Positions 23,646 to 35,396 of a stretch of 37,057 bases of DNA are shown piece after piece; position 1 is the first letter of the stretch, and each line of letters starts with the position of its first letter. The notes below the pieces were generated by a model. It did no database searches. It saw only the letters and a list, made by a program, of their open reading frames with translations, and had not been told where the DNA came from. Origin of the DNA: Chiloscyllium plagiosum. Lineage: Eukaryota. The position numbers and the translations under genes are program-made. The stretch is from assembly GCF_004010195.1 (NCBI RefSeq), contig NC_057757.1:1029206-1066262 (forward strand), given 5' to 3'.

Positions 23646-24684
23646 TAATAAGACTCTATCTCCAGACAGCAACAACCACCACCAGTCAGTAAACCTCTGA
23701 AAAACATTATTGTAATATATATTTCTGTCAGAGCTCTACAGAGATATCAGTTGCAACCAACTATACGGAGATAGTCAGCATTGTATTAGAAAAAAAATGT
23801 ACCTATAAAGCATTCTTAAAAAATGTTTTATCCATCTCATTTTTCTGTCTATAATATTTATTTCACATTTGTAACTGGATAGTTCAAATTCAAAAACTCA
23901 AAACTGGACAAATTTAGAAACAGAAATCTTCAGCACTTTTCACAATCTCAGGTTGTTCAAAAGCAGTTGACAGCAAATTCATCACTTATGAAGTAAGGCC
24001 ACACAAAGCAGTAAAATCATTCAGTCACAATCCTCTAAGGGGGTTGTGACATCTTTTGAGTTTAATTGTCTTTCCTAAAGTTTCAATTTGAACATGGTGA
24101 AAGAATCTAATGGGGGATTTGGGACATTCAGTCATGTGACAAAGAGACCCCAAGGTGGAGTAGAGTTCATTTATGCATGGGATGAAGAAACCCTGATCCT
24201 GAGTGGCCATACCTCATCCAGGAAATTGGGTTCCACTGCAGCATGGTTCCTGCTTCTGATCCCAATTGGAAAATTTAGCTCTAAGTGAAGATTTAATGAG
24301 CGTTTGGTAGTATAGAAGTTGAATTTTGCTAAAACAAAAGTGACCACGCTGGCGAAACCTTTTGTCATACACTCATATAGCCTGCCTGTTGTTGTGATAT
24401 CTGGCATTGCACCATACAAATTAGTCATTTATGCACTTGGCAGAACTTTTTTTAAAATTGAATTACTGCTGATATAAGTACTAATTTTTGTCATAATTTT
24501 CAATGGGATCATGTTCTAATTTCAAAAGTTATTTCCTGTTTGCCCACATTCCAACCAGATTTTTTGGAACCTGAAATGTTATAGTTTGTATGTGTCATGA
24601 AATCATTCATTTGCGGCACTTCGTTTAAATAGATTTCTGCCTCATTTGCAGGAAGGTTTTGGTCCATACCCAGCCACATCCGAG

Positions 24685-24935
24685 TAAATCTCTTCTGAAC
24701 CCTCTCTAGCTTAATAATATCCTTCTGGGTGACCAGAACTGAGGAAGAGAATTTCAAAGACTAATGACTCCATTAGAGAAGGAATCCCCCTTCATTCCTA
24801 CCCAGAGTGGGAAACTATTTTGAAACTGTGTCCCTAATTCTACATTCCCACAAGGTGAAATACTCTTCTCAGCACCTATCCTGTCACGTCCCCTCAGAAT
24901 CTTGTATGTTTCAACAGGATCACCTCTCATGCTCA
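24685..24935 (-). mobile_element. CR1-like fragments
   Basis: KDIIKLERVQKRFTRM and MRGDPVETYKILRG. Confidence 0.7.
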
Positions 24936-26364
24936 AACTAAGGCTCTGTCTGCTTTTTCCCCCAAGTGGATGTAAGATTGCTTGTTGCTACTTCAAGAAC
25001 ATGAATGCTTTTCCAAGTGTTCTGGCCTATATTTATCATGCAATTAAAATCAATAAAAGCAGACTGTCTTCTTCTGTCCTTATTTATAAGGATCAGGCTA
25101 TGGACTTCTTTTATCCACTTATGGGCAAAGTTATGCAGTGGTTTGTCATTGCCTGTGTAGGATAGCTGACCAGGAGACTCACCCACTCTTACTGCCTGCT
25201 TTCAGTTTTATTTACAAAGATTTATCTGGTGGATAATTAACCTGTTTCAAAAGCACATTCCATGGTCAATGAATTCTACTATTCCACTCAATTCTGGAGT
25301 TTCTGATGTAGAGATAGGGTTGCTACCCACTGTGCTGCAAGACCGATAAAGACAGATTATCCATAATATCACTTTTTTTGTAGCATCTTGCTCTGCACAA
25401 ATTGAGTGCTGTGTTTCCTAAATTATGATCGTAAATTCAGTTCAAAATGTCCTTCATTGGCTCTTAAGCAATTTTGTTTGTTCTCAGGATCTGAAGTCAT
25501 GAAATTGCAGTAGAAGAGTTCTTTAATTGTGACTTCAAAAGCAGGCCACATTAACAGCCAAATGTTACAACTACACTCCCAGACATAAGCCAAATATGAG
25601 AACAGCCACAAGCTATCTGTAAATGACAATGCTCCTGACAATATTTATAAAATGTATTCTTTAAAGATGATTAAATCTTGAATAGCTCTGCTCCATTTGT
25701 GGATCAGCTGGTTAGGAGAGGGTTGCTGAGTTATACAGAAAGTTTTCCAATTTTCTACGTTAACCCACTTTAGGCAGGGATTAATGGAGGGTGTCAGTGT
25801 TACCTTTAGTTATTTTTCCCAGGGAAAGGAAAATTGTCAGGGTTCCCACTCCCGTTTTGATAACCATTACCATTTGTTGCATGTGGATACCGCATGGGGA
25901 CATGACCTGTGATGCCTCCACTGGTTGAGATGGTTGCAGAATGATCGGTCCAGCATATTAAGAATTGTATAGAAATAGGCCATTCAGCCCAACTGATGTA
26001 TCTTGGTGTTTCTGCTCTACAAGCTCCCTCTCATCCTATTTCATCTCATTCTATCAACATGGCTTTCTAATCTTTCTCCCTTGTGTGTTTGTCTAGGCAT
26101 TCCCTTATACACATCTCTAAAATCACCTGAAGTGCGATTCCTACATTCTCAGTTTTCTTTGGGTAAAGACGTTTCACCACAATTCTTACTTAGACTTACT
26201 GGTGAATAACTTATATTTAAGAGCCACGAATGATTACTTAGATGAGGCAGTGGATTTTGGCAAAACTCTTTAGAATTGTATCCCAGTAGAAGTCAACATA
26301 CCTGGTGAAGATGATGATGAAAATAAGAAGAGTAGAATGAAAGCAGAACAAGACATTTTATTAC

Positions 26365-27153
26365 CTGATAAGGGAGGCCCAAGGAGTCCGCCAATACTTA
26401 GGAGCATCAGAAAGAGCCCAGTTGCATTGAGAATCCGTCCAATTCCTACGATATCTGGGAGCGTGGAGAAGAAGAGTGGGGCAAGGCCTCCAGAACAGAA
26501 GCCATAAAAAAAACTGACCCCCACTAGACTATAGTACGTGCTCCCAACAGGAATGAGGAGAAGGCTAATTCCAGTGACAATACTCCAGAGGAATAACATG
26601 TGGATTTTTCGGATCAGCTTGAGATCTGCCAACCAACCAGAAAATAGCCGTGCAATAGTCTCAGCGATGGCAGTGACAGACAATAGGAAGGCAGCTTTAT
26701 AATCACTCAATCCAAGATTCTTTCCATGGGCCACCAGATGGATGTAGGGCACAAAGTATCCTGTGGTCATCAGAGTAACTGCAAAACTGTACACCATAAA
26801 GCCTCTGTGCAGGAAAAGGGTCAAATCAAAGGCAGAGGTCACTTTGTTCCAAAACTCAGTGCTCTTCTTTCCATTGGCAGAATGTCCCCTTGAAGCAACT
26901 AGAAGGTCTTCTTGGATGGTGATGGGTCTGAGCAGAGCTGCACAGACACAGAGATTCAACATCATTGCAGACAGGATCTGAATGGCCCCACGCCATCCAT
27001 ACACATCAATTAGGAGCTGAAACAGTGGAGAGAAAAAGAAGGAGGCAACTCCCACTCCAGTGAATGCCAAACCGGTTGCCAAGGCTCTACGTCTCTTGAA
27101 GTATCTGGAGATCATGGCCATTGTGGGGGTGAAGACCAAAGCCCAACCAAAAC
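26365..27153 (-). CDS. SLC16A13: SLC16A13-like gene B, coding exon 3 (789 bp)
   Basis: Acceptor cactctccAG at 27155-27154, donor GTAATA at 26364; GFGWALVFTPTMAMISRYFKRRRALATGLAFTGVG...GYFVPYIHLV...LLGPPLSG. Confidence 0.95.
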
Positions 27154-27590
27154 CTGGAGAGTGAAGCAAGGGATAATGGAAACATGTTTTCCAAATTAGT
27201 GTGGAGCCATTGCATGGTTTAACACCCAAAGTCACCAAGATCTAAAAACTCGAACTCCTCACCTCCCATTGTCTTTTCCTTCGACATTCAGGTATTTAAA
27301 ACCAAAGCATAGTGTGATGCCATCACTGCTTTTCAAACTACTCCAAATTCCTCTCTCACTCTTTCAAATATGAATTGGATATAAATATAAATTTTAAGAG
27401 GAAATGAATTGAATGGCTTGGGGCAAAGAGTGATTGACTGGGACTAATTCAATAGCTAGCAAAGACCGAGCACAAGTGTAATGGGTCTTATAGCCTCCTT
27501 CTGTGAGATTCTATGATGAGATGTCATGTGATGAAAATTCATGTGACTTCCAGAAATCTTTCCAATCAGAGTTAGTAAAGTAGTGGAACT

Positions 27591-27909
27591 GGGTGGCACG
27601 GTGGCTAGCACTGCTGCCTCACAGCGCCAGAGACCCGGGTTCAATTCCCGACTCAGGAGACTGACTGTGCGGAGTTTGCACGTTCTCCCAGTGTCTGCGT
27701 GGGTTTCCTCTGGGTGCTCCGGTTTCCTCCCACAGTCCAAAGATGTGCAGGTCAGGTGAATTGGCCATGCTAAATTGCCCATAGTGTTAGGTAAAGGGGT
27801 AAATGTAGGGGAATGGGTGGGTTGCGCTTTGGCGGGTCGGTGTGGACTTGTTGGGCCAAAGGGCCTGTTTCCATACTGTAAGTAATCTAATGTAATGTAA
27901 GTAATCTAA
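27591..27909 (+). mobile_element. HE1-like V-SINE, near full length
   Basis: Pol III A/B-box head, V-domain and (taatc/taatg)n tail. Confidence 0.88.
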
Positions 27910-27985
27910 ACGTATCATTCATGGTGAATGGACATTTCATGGATACAGGGTTGTGTTTGGTTGTGATGGTCTTCCAAGTGGGTTA

Positions 27986-28142
27986 AAATCTTCGAGGAGA
28001 AAGCGAGGACTGCAGATGCTGGAGATCAGAGCTGAAAACGTGTTGCTGGAAAAGCGCAGCAGGTCAGGCAGCATCCAAGGAACAGGAGAATTGACGTTTC
28101 CTGAAGAAGGGCTTTTGCCCGAAACGTCGATTCTCCTGTTCT
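27986..28142. mobile_element. 157-bp PLE-derived mini-insertion with inverted end and TSD
   Basis: AAGTGGGTTA at 27976-27985 and 28143-28152; internal inversion junction at about 28100. Confidence 0.8.
28100..28128 (+). ncRNA. minimal hammerhead ribozyme motif with intact core
   Basis: CTGAAGA A GGGC-TTTT-GCCC GAAA CGTC. Confidence 0.7.
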
Positions 28143-28467
28143 AAGTGGGTTAGCCAGGCAATATTCAGTATCAAAGTTCTGTATGAAAAATGACCATTGG
28201 AGGACAGCCACTGCCTGTGGAATCAATCTCCTGGTGAGAGAGTCATTTTTTTAAGGAGGAGATAATTGGAGAGAGATGGACCATCACATACCCAGGATGG
28301 ACAAGACATATTGGAGCTCTCATATATGTCTCCTTGTTTGAATATAACCCATTATGAATGCTGAGGACTTGTGTGCAACTGCAGAGTTAACAGAGAGTTA
28401 AGAGAACAGAAATAAACTCGAATCAAGAAATCTGACAAACAGCCTACAGTAAACACATTGTGCTGAC

Positions 28468-28611
28468 CTGTCAGAACTCCAATGGAGAGGTACAAGTGCA
28501 GAAGGCTCTGTCCAAATGAGGCTGTAAGCATTCCCAGGAAAGCTAAAATTGCACCAACCATCACCACAGGGCGAGCTCCATAATACATCCCAAATACACT
28601 CCCCACTGGAC
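28468..28611 (-). CDS. SLC16A13: SLC16A13-like gene B, coding exon 2 (144 bp)
   Basis: Acceptor ttcaatttacAG, donor GTCAGC; PVGSVFGMYYGARPVVMVGAILAFLGMLTASFGQSLLHLYLSIGVLTG. Confidence 0.93.
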
Positions 28612-29164
28612 CTGTAAATTGAAACAAAATGGAACTTTGGTCTATATCTTTAAAAACTAGTAGACAAATACAAAACTAAAAAAAGGCAAATAGATATGAG
28701 GTCTTGTGGTATAGCCTTTAAACCAGAGGCTCAGGTTTCGTGTCCCACTCTAATAGTTGATGTTCAAAGAATGCAAGTATCAATCCTCACATCCTTCCAA
28801 CAAATGCTAGTGGCAGGCAGTAAGAGGGCCAAAGTTTCAGTCATATGATGGAATGGAAATTGAAGTCTTTGCCATCACTATCCATAGCTCCAGGCTATTC
28901 ATGAATCTAAAAATGTATGCTGCCTCAGCACCACTTGGCTGCAAAGTTGTTGTGGATCAGACTTGTGTCAATAGAATGGGATTCTACTGGGCTGGTTATG
29001 GGATCTGTTGCCTTGACCTGGCACTGGTGAATGTTGTGATGCTGTAGGTCAGACCTTTCTTCAGGCAGAGAACTCAAGAAGAACAAAAAGGCTAATAGAT
29101 TGTTCGAATTCAATTCAGGAAGGTTTTGTAAGTTTTGTTACAGCTCTGGTTGTGGCTACAGTTT

Positions 29165-29450
29165 TTATTTTAATCTTTCATGATATGCGAGTGCCACTGG
29201 TAAGACCAGCATTTATTTTCTATCCCTCATTGCCCTTGAATTGATGAGCTATCTAGGCCCTTTCAGAGGACAGACAAAAGTCAACCTCATTTCTGTGCAC
29301 CTGCAGTCATATGTAGGCTAGACGGGATAAGGATAACAGATTTACTTCCTTAAGGAACACTAGTGAATCAGATGGGTTTTATGACTATTGACAATGCTTA
29401 CATGCTCACCTGCAGACTTTTTTTGTTCCAGATTTTATTAAATTCAACTC
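29165..29450 (-). mobile_element. SINE copy of the same family as 32781-33127
   Basis: Reverse complement of ...cccatctggttcactaatgtcc...gggcaataaatgctgg.... Confidence 0.65.
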
Positions 29451-29651
29451 GAATATTGTGACATGGAGAACGTTGACCAGGGGCTCCCCTCCTCTGGAGC
29501 ACTGCATTCAGTTCTGGGCATCACTCCTTTGGTCTTGGAGAGGGGATGCAGTGCAGAATCACCAGAACAATACTGGGCTAAAAGGGTTGAATTATGAGGT
29601 TAAAAATCACACAACACCAGGTTAAAGCCCAACAGGTTTATTTGGAAGCAC

Positions 29652-29681
29652 TAGCTTTCAGAGTGCTGCTCCTTCATCAGG
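29652..29681 (-). ncRNA. minimal hammerhead ribozyme motif (left arm)
   Basis: Minus strand reads CTGATGA A GGAG-CAGCA-CTCT GAAA GCTA. Confidence 0.6.
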
Positions 29682-30239
29682 TGATTGTGGAGTATAAATC
29701 ATAAGACACAGAATTTATAACAAAAATTTACAGTGTGATGTAACTGAAATTATATATTGAAAAAGACCTGGATTGTTTGTTAAATCTCTCATCTTTTAGA
29801 ATAAACATGTTGGTTTCAGTTCTTTCATACGTAAATTGCAGAACTTTTTTAAAGTTACATTCTCAAGTGAACTTTAACAATTGGTGTCATGTTGACCCAG
29901 ATAATGCATTGAAGGTGTGAGGTGCCCTGTGTGAGACTGTCTGTGCCACTATGTTCAGACTGATTCTAATCTAAAAATTGATTTACAGAATCTTACATTG
30001 ATTCATGCAGTTTTTGAGCAAAATGAAATGTAAATCTGCAAGTACAAATTCACCCCAAAAATTTCTGTGTGTGTGCGTGCATGTCAGTGTGTTCGTGTAA
30101 TCAATTTTTAGATTAGAATCAGTCTGAACATAGTGGCGTGTGTGTGCGTGTGTGTGTGTGCGCGCGCGTGTGTGTGCGTATGTGTGTGTGCGCGTGTGCG
30201 TGTGCGCGCGCGTGTGTGTGTGTATCCGTGTACTTGGCA

Positions 30240-30545
30240 GTACTCATGCCAACATTGTCTATCTCATAAGCCGCAGGCAAGGATGCCCTGAGGCATGGCA
30301 CATTGGCGAGACCGAGCAGAGGCTACAGCAATGGATGAATGGACACCCCACAACAATCAGGTGTGTTCCCTCCCAGTCGGAGGACACTTCAGTGGTCCAG
30401 GACATTCGAACTCGGACGTTTGGGTGACCGTCCTCCGAGGTGGACGTCGGGACAGGACACGTGGCCTTGCAGAGGCTGCTGGCCACGTTCCGTACACATG
30501 GGGATGACCTTAGCCGGGACCGTGGGTGCATGCCATACTACCGCA
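30240..30545 (+). pseudogene. frameshifted PLE GIY-YIG endonuclease C-terminal remnant
   Basis: Three frames join into ANIVYLI..QGCPEAWHIGETEQRLQQWMNGH / SLPVGGHFSGPGHSNSD / QRLLATFRTHGDDLSRD. Confidence 0.8.
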
Positions 30546-31047
30546 CACACACGCACACACACGCACACCCTCTCATAGACTTATACCCCTTTACACTCAC
30601 ACTCGCACATATACACACACACTCTCAGACACTCATAACCCTCACCCCCATGCACACACACACACAAATTTTTGGGGTGAATTTGTACTTGCAGATTTAC
30701 ATTTTAGTTTGCTCAAAAATTGCATAAATCCATGTAAGATTCTGTAATCAATTTTTAGATTAGAATCAGTCTGAACATAGTGGCACAGACAGTCTCACAC
30801 AGGGCACCTCACACCTTCAATGCATTATCCGGGACGACATGACACCAATTGTTAAAGTTCACTTGAGAATGTAACTTTAAAAAAGTTCTGCGATTTACAT
30901 ATGAAAGAACTGAAACCAACATGGTCATTCTAAAAGATGAGACTTAACAAACAATCCAGGTCTTTATCAATATATTCTTTCAGTTACATCACACTGTAAA
31001 TTTTTGTTATAAATTCTGTGTTTTATGATCTTATACTCCACAACCAC

Positions 31048-31076
31048 CTGATGAAGGTGCAATGCTCTGAAAGCTA
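31048..31076 (+). ncRNA. hammerhead motif (right arm, stem II mutated)
   Basis: CTGATGA AGGTGCAATGCTCT GAAA GCTA. Confidence 0.5.
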
Positions 31077-31686
31077 GTGCTTCCAAATAAACCTGTTGGA
31101 CTATAACCTGGTGTTGTGTGATTTTTAACTTTGTGCATCCCAGTCCAACACTGGCATCTCCAAATCTTGAATTATGAGGACATTGTGGTATAATATTGCC
31201 TTGACTTTCGAAAATTAAGGATGATCCCATTGTGGTAAGTTGACTGGAAGATTTGATTGGATTGATTAAAAACTATTTCCACTGGTGGGAACAGTCTTGG
31301 ATAAGTAAGTAGAGTCTTAAAAAAAGGTCAGGCTGCTAAGGGATGATGGCAAGAAGCACCTCTTCACATAAAGACAAATTTCCCCATAAAAAACCTGATG
31401 AGGTCAATCGAAAATGTTAAAACTGAGATTAACAATTGATTTTTGTTGAGTAAAGATATTGAGACGTAAAGAACTAGGCTGGGTAAATACATTTAAGATA
31501 CACATCAGTCACGACCTAATTTAATGGCAGAATACATTTGAGGAGCTAAATAGCTTCCTTCAGTTCATGAGTTTGTCTCCAGAAAACAGTAATTGGGCCA
31601 TTTGACCTCACCATGTCCTTTGAGGAGAGATATTCTTTTAAAAGGATGTAAATTTGAAGAGCAAGAAAAGAAGAATCAGGACTAAC

Positions 31687-31891
31687 TTGCAAACTGTTGT
31701 GTTGCCATAGCGATGGAAGTGATCCATGAGACACGACTAGATGACTCTTGGAAGTATTGGATGAAATGAATGAAGAAGACTCCAAAGGATCGTGTGACAC
31801 CGACCAAAAGGCAGTTATTCAAGAAGCCAGCCAAAACGATCATCCACCCCCATCCACCATCTGGGGACTTGATGATGACTGGCTCGGCCAT
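31687..31891 (-). CDS. SLC16A13: SLC16A13-like gene B, first coding exon (205 coding bp; exon starts at 31909)
   Basis: gcaATGG Kozak context; [16 protein letters not shown] (SLC16 signature)...RSFGVFF...[14 protein letters not shown]; donor GTTAGT at 31686; acceptor tgtctccacAG at 31911-31910. Confidence 0.95.
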
Positions 31892-32780
31892 TGCAGGCTA
31901 TAATGAGATCTGTGGAGACAACACAATACTGAACAGATCAGTGGTGAGGCCCAATCCCTTTCCTGTCTCTTGGCCAAGAAATACTGACCAGCAAAAACTT
32001 CTTAATATTTTCCTGTTACAGACTTCAAACATCTGCAGATAATTGTTGGTGTGCTGATATGTGAGGCTAATGGTTGTGACAATTGATTGTTGGGCCACAT
32101 CCCAAATATTTACATGATTAGTGATAGCTGTGGTTACAATTATTCCTTAATTGACCAGGGTTGGAGATAGGGAAATAAATCAGTCTGTGTTCCTGCACCT
32201 GAGCATGATCATGCTAGCCTAACTGGAAAATGTTTGTGTGTGATGATGCTGATTGAGGACAATGTTTAACTTTGCCTTGATTTCCAAATACCCTCCCAAC
32301 AGATGACATTTCAGAACTGGAAGGGCAATTATTTCTAATGTCTTTTACCCATATGCTGGAGTTGGATTGTGAGTCAGGGTTGAATGTTAATAGTAGCTGT
32401 ACTTCTATGGGCCTTGTTGAATTCTGGCCCGGAGGTCTGCCTTCTGTGAAGGCTCTTGAAGTGTGAATCTGGTGATCTGGGGCTGAGCCTGGTGCTCAGA
32501 GAGGGGTCTCAAAGTGAGTTTGCTTCGGTTAGCGTCAAAGAGTCATAGAGATGCACATCATGGAAAGAGACCCTTTGGTCCAACTCATCCATGCCGACCA
32601 GATATTCTAACCTAATCTAGTCCCATTTGCCAGCCCATATCCCTCTAAACTCTTCATATTCATATTTTAGGATGGGAGATATTTCAGTGTTGTAAGCACA
32701 CTCTCTCTTTGCTTTTATGTATTGAAATGCTGACTTTCCCTTGATGCTTTCTTTCAGCTTTCAACTATGCCTATAACTGG

Positions 32781-33127
32781 GAGGTGTTGGCCTAACGGTA
32801 TTATTGCTGGACTGTTAATCCAGAGACTCAGGTAATGTTCTGGGGACCCAGGTTTGAGTGTCATCATGGTGGAACTTGAATTTAATATTTTTTAAAAATC
32901 TGGAATTAAGAGTTTAATGATGACAATGAATCTATTGTCAGAAAAATCCATCTGGTTCATTAATGTCCTTTTGGGAAGGAAGCTGCCATCCTCACTTGGT
33001 CTGGCCTACATGTGACTCCAGGCCCACAGCAATATGGGTGATTCTTAACTGCAATCTGGGCAATTAGGGATGGGCAATAAATGCTGGCCTCATCAGAGAT
33101 GCTCACATTGCATGAGTGAATAAAAAA
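32781..33127 (+). mobile_element. tRNA-derived SINE with A-rich end
   Basis: Head ggtgttggcctaacggta...ggacccaggtttgagt; tail gggcaataaatgctggcc...gaataaaaaaa; related pieces at about 3868-3997 and 29165-29450. Confidence 0.65.
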
Positions 33128-33519
33128 ATCCACACAATTAGTGTCCAGTCATACACATTTTGCAAATTGTTTTTCTCCTTTATGTTTCATTTTGCCACAT
33201 CCCTGTCTTATGCTCTTCAGAATTCTTCATTTAAGTTTTGAAACAGTTCTCCTGAGTCCCCTTCCCCCAGCACCAGAATGAAGATTTGATAGATATGTGC
33301 TGTTACAGCTGTGAGGAATTAATCTATTCTTTTCTCTCTCAGATGTGAAATGGCCTACTCTAAATTTTACGTTTTTAATCCTGTTTGGCAATTTTGTTTT
33401 GTACAGAAGTGAGGGTACTTTGCAGTTTTTCTATGTTTTTGTGAATAAGACTGGAGTGCTCAAATGACTTTTGAATTTTGGAACATCTCTAGGTGGCTTT
33501 AACTCAAAGGAATACTTAT

Positions 33520-33860
33520 TTTTGAAGAGTTGTCAACACTGCAATGTTAGAAATGTAGCAGCTAATTTGTGCACAGCAAACTCTCATAAATACGATTAAA
33601 CAGCACACCATCTGTTTTTAGTAATGTTGACTGAGAAATAAATATGGGCGAGAACACTAGGAGCATGGTTAATTCAGCTGATGTTCTGCAAATTGCACCA
33701 CATCCTATTCTTTGTGACTGATTTGAGAGGCAGATAGGGCTGTGATTTATCCCTCTCATATGAAAGACAGTGCAGTATTCCTTCATGACTATGCTTAAGT
33801 CTGCGGAATGAAGCTTGAATTCCATCTTCTTGACTCAAGGTGAAAAAATGCCACGCACTA
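33520..33860 (-). mobile_element. DeuSINE-like remnant
   Basis: gcagctaatttgtgcacagcaaactctcataaa...atctgtttttagtaatgttga...gagagggcagataggg. Confidence 0.6.
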
Positions 33861-34059
33861 ATTCACGTCTTACATGGTGAATTGCTAAACGCCCTTCAAT
33901 TACCTGAGACACTGAAAGAACTATGACTGAAACAATAGAGATTTAATGCTGTAAATAAAGTGTTACACCATTAATACCTGTACCTACTTGTGGAGTTTCC
34001 AATTATAAAAGAATCTTATTATAACCAGCAAATCCAGTTAATCTGTTGAAACAACTTAC

Positions 34060-34154
34060 CGACTGTAGGAAGGGAGCTTGTAAGGGGAAGATTGGTGAAC
34101 AGACAGATATTGTCAGCACAAGAATTCTGGTCAACAGATGAGAGAATACTGTCC
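34060..34154 (-). other. putative non-coding 5'-UTR exon of gene B (95 bp)
   Basis: Acceptor ctctgctgctcccAG at 34156-34155 and strong donor G|GTAAGT at 34059; no ATG inside. Confidence 0.5.
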
Positions 34155-34454
34155 CTGGGAGCAGCAGAGTGAGTGAATAACAAGTGGTGAAAAAATTAGG
34201 CTGGTTAAAAAATAACTACTGTAGGGTTAGAGTTAGGGATAGTGTACAAATCATTTCCTATACTAGTGAATGAAGAAATGAAAAGTAAAGAAGCTCGGAT
34301 TTTGATGCATCAGTTCCTCGTTCCCATCACTCAGTTGTGAACCTCCTTTTCTATTCTCCAACTGTAATTGAGAAGGTGGTAGTGAACTGCCATTGTAAAC
34401 TGCTGCAGTCCCTTTGGTGCAGGTACACCCAGACTGCTGTTAGGAAGAGAGAGT

Positions 34455-35385
34455 GAAGGAATGAAATGTTTGCCTTCATTGCTCAGCACATTGAATATAG
34501 GAGTTGGGATGTCATGTTGCAGTTGTACAAGATGTTGGTGAGGCCACTTGTAGAGTACTGTGTACTGTTCTGGTCACCCTGCGATAGGATGGATATTATT
34601 CAATTTGGAGAGGATGCAGAAAAGATAAACAAGGATGTTATTGAGAGGGTTTGAGTTCTAAGGAAATGCTGTATAGGCTGGGACTTTTTTCACTGGAATG
34701 TCAGATTTTGAAGGATGACTTTATAGAGGTTTATAAAATCTTGAGGGGTATTAATTAGGTGAACAGCAAGAGGTATTTTCCCCATGGTAGGGGAGTTCAA
34801 AACTAGATGGCATAATTTTAAGGTGAGAGGAGAAAGACTTAAAAGGGACTTGAAGGACAACCTTTTCAGATAGAGAAGAATCCATAGAATCTCAACAGTG
34901 CAGAAACAGGCCATTCAGCCCAAGAAGTCCAAGCTGATCCTCCAAAGAATAACCCACCCAGATCCATTCCCCTACCCTATTACTCTACATTTACCCCTGA
35001 CTAATGCACGTAACCCACACATTCCTGAACACTATGGGCAATTTAGCATGGCCAATTCACTGAACCTGCACATCTTTGGACTGTGGGAGGAAACAGGAGC
35101 ACCCAGAGGAAACCCATACAGACACGGGGAGAATGTCTGTGTGAAGTTTGCACAGTCACCTGAGGCTAAAATCGAACCTGGCTCCCTGGCGCTGTGAGGC
35201 AGCAGTGCTAGCCACTGGTAATTGGAATGTACTTCCAGAAGTAGTGGTAGTTGCAACTACAGTGACATTTGGACAGGTACATGAATAGGGAAGGTTTATG
35301 GGCCAAACACTGGCAGTTTGGGAAATTTGGTCAGCACAGAGCAGCTGGACTAAAGGGTTTGTTTCCATTCTGTATGACTCTACAA
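34455..35385 (+). mobile_element. CR1-like 3' fragment interrupted by an antisense HE1-like SINE (about 34880-35216)
   Basis: LYKMLVRPLVEYCVLFWSP; the CR1 sequence resumes at ttggaatgtacttccagaag (about 35222). Confidence 0.8.
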
Positions 35386-35396
35386 ATGACTATTTA

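Larger units (their letters stand above)
29600..31166 (+). mobile_element. Penelope-like element with inverted pseudo-LTR arms, decayed GIY-YIG core and 13-bp TSD, inserted in an old CR1-like fragment
   Basis: TTGAATTATGAGG at 29587-29599 and 31167-31179; arms 29599-30083 and 30649-31129 are reverse complements; core encodes NIVYLISRRQGCPEAWHIGETEQRL. Confidence 0.88.
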
